Assembly (NCBI GenBank): GCA_964016885.1
Contig: OZ024747.1
Location: forward strand, 23,994,001 to 24,058,000
Length of the DNA stretch: 64,000 nucleotides
From: Eledone cirrhosa
Lineage: Eukaryota
Direction: 5' to 3'
In this document: piece by piece, positions 63,238 to 64,000 of the stretch
Layout: every line of letters starts with the position of its first letter
How positions within the stretch are numbered: position 1 is the stretch's first letter
Notes under the pieces: generated by a model
What the model was told of the DNA's origin: nothing
Databases searched by the model: none
Seen by the model: the letters and a program-made list of their open reading frames with translations, nothing else
Translations under genes and position numbers: made by a program

Positions 63238-64000
63238 ATTAGGATTAGGAAAGCAAGTGATGCTTTCGGAAAGCTAGAAAGGCGACTCTGGGGTCGGCGA
63301 GACATATGCAGGAGGACAAAGGTAAAGGTGTACAGGGCATGTGTACTCTCTTGTCTTCTTTATGCCTGCGAGACCTGGGTCACATATCGACGCCACCTTA
63401 AGCAATTGGAGCGTTTCCATCAGATGTGTCTCAGACGGATACATGGCGTTCACTGGAGGGACCACATCAGTGATGTCGAGATTTTGGAAAGCTCTATGTG
63501 TGACAGTATAGAAGCTCTTGTGCTTAAGCAGCGACTCCGTTGGAGTGGTCACCTTGCCAGGATGAAGGATTCTAGAATACCAAAACAACTCTTCTATGGA
63601 GAGTTGGTTAAAGGAAAACGACCGCCACATAAACCAAAAAAGAGGTATAAGGATTCCTTGAAGGCCTCTCTGAAAGACGCTAACATCTCTGCTGATACAT
63701 GGGAAAATATTGCTGCTGATCGTAGTAAATGGAGAAAGACTGTATATGAGGGAAAAGTTGCCTTTGAGGCATCTCGAATCGCACACGAGAAAGTAAGGCG
63801 GGACGTGAGGAAGGGTATTGCTGTTGCACTTCCAGACGGCGAGGGTTCTCCTATGTTTCTGACATGCAGCGTCTGTGCGAGACTCTGCCTAAGCAAAGCT
63901 GGACTCGAAAGTCATCTTCGCAGTCATAAAGTAAGACCAGTGGTTGACTACCAGGCTGCTGTTGGAGATGCTACTCATCATGCTTGCCAAACATGTGGTA
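63238..64000 (+). mobile_element. 5'-truncated RTE-clade LINE, open frame running off the window
   Basis: RIRKASDAFGKL..RLW...TKVKVYRACVLSCLLYACETW...LERFHQMCLRRI...RLRWSGHLARM.D.RIPKQLFYGEL..GKR...C..C..C.SKAGL.SH.RSH. There is no ATG, so it is absent from the ORF track; the 5' junction lies in (TATG)n. Confidence 0.9.

Noticed and set aside
63274-63896. - strand ORFs of 170 and 100 aa
   Set aside because: They are antisense shadows of the RTE ORF on the + strand.

Overview
This is AT-rich, intron-containing animal DNA. The SINE, microsatellite and LINE landscape suggests a coleoid cephalopod (octopus-like); that assignment is inference. The left 24 kb holds the 3' end of a Ser-rich + strand gene with Ser-Gly-Asp-Asp repeats, and a complete 11-exon PDIA4/ERp72 gene on the - strand (CDS 23987->9194, 1893 nt, 630 aa, three WCGHC thioredoxin sites, C-terminal HVEL). 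Its promoter has TATA/Inr, ERSE-II and UPRE motifs. PDIA4 intron 6 contains a 67-bp inverted copy of exon 7 (candidate RNA-editing complementary sequence). Intron 1 contains a young non-coding LTR element whose LTRs carry a 32-nt antisense copy of the tRNA-Trp 3' end. The right 40 kb is a microsatellite field with one or two exons of an unidentified gene and many retroelements (Naiad-type Penelope-like, Tx1, RTE, CR1, CRE, SINEs, MITEs). The strongest hidden signal is about ten hammerhead ribozyme loci in several unrelated 150-550 bp non-coding elements. These sit between (TA)n/(CA)n tracts and are frequently folded into near-perfect palindromes; in two cases the inversion point coincides with the predicted ribozyme cleavage site. 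Most short ORFs in the supplied track are microsatellite artefacts. All structures were folded by eye; no searches were run, and repeat boundaries are approximate.
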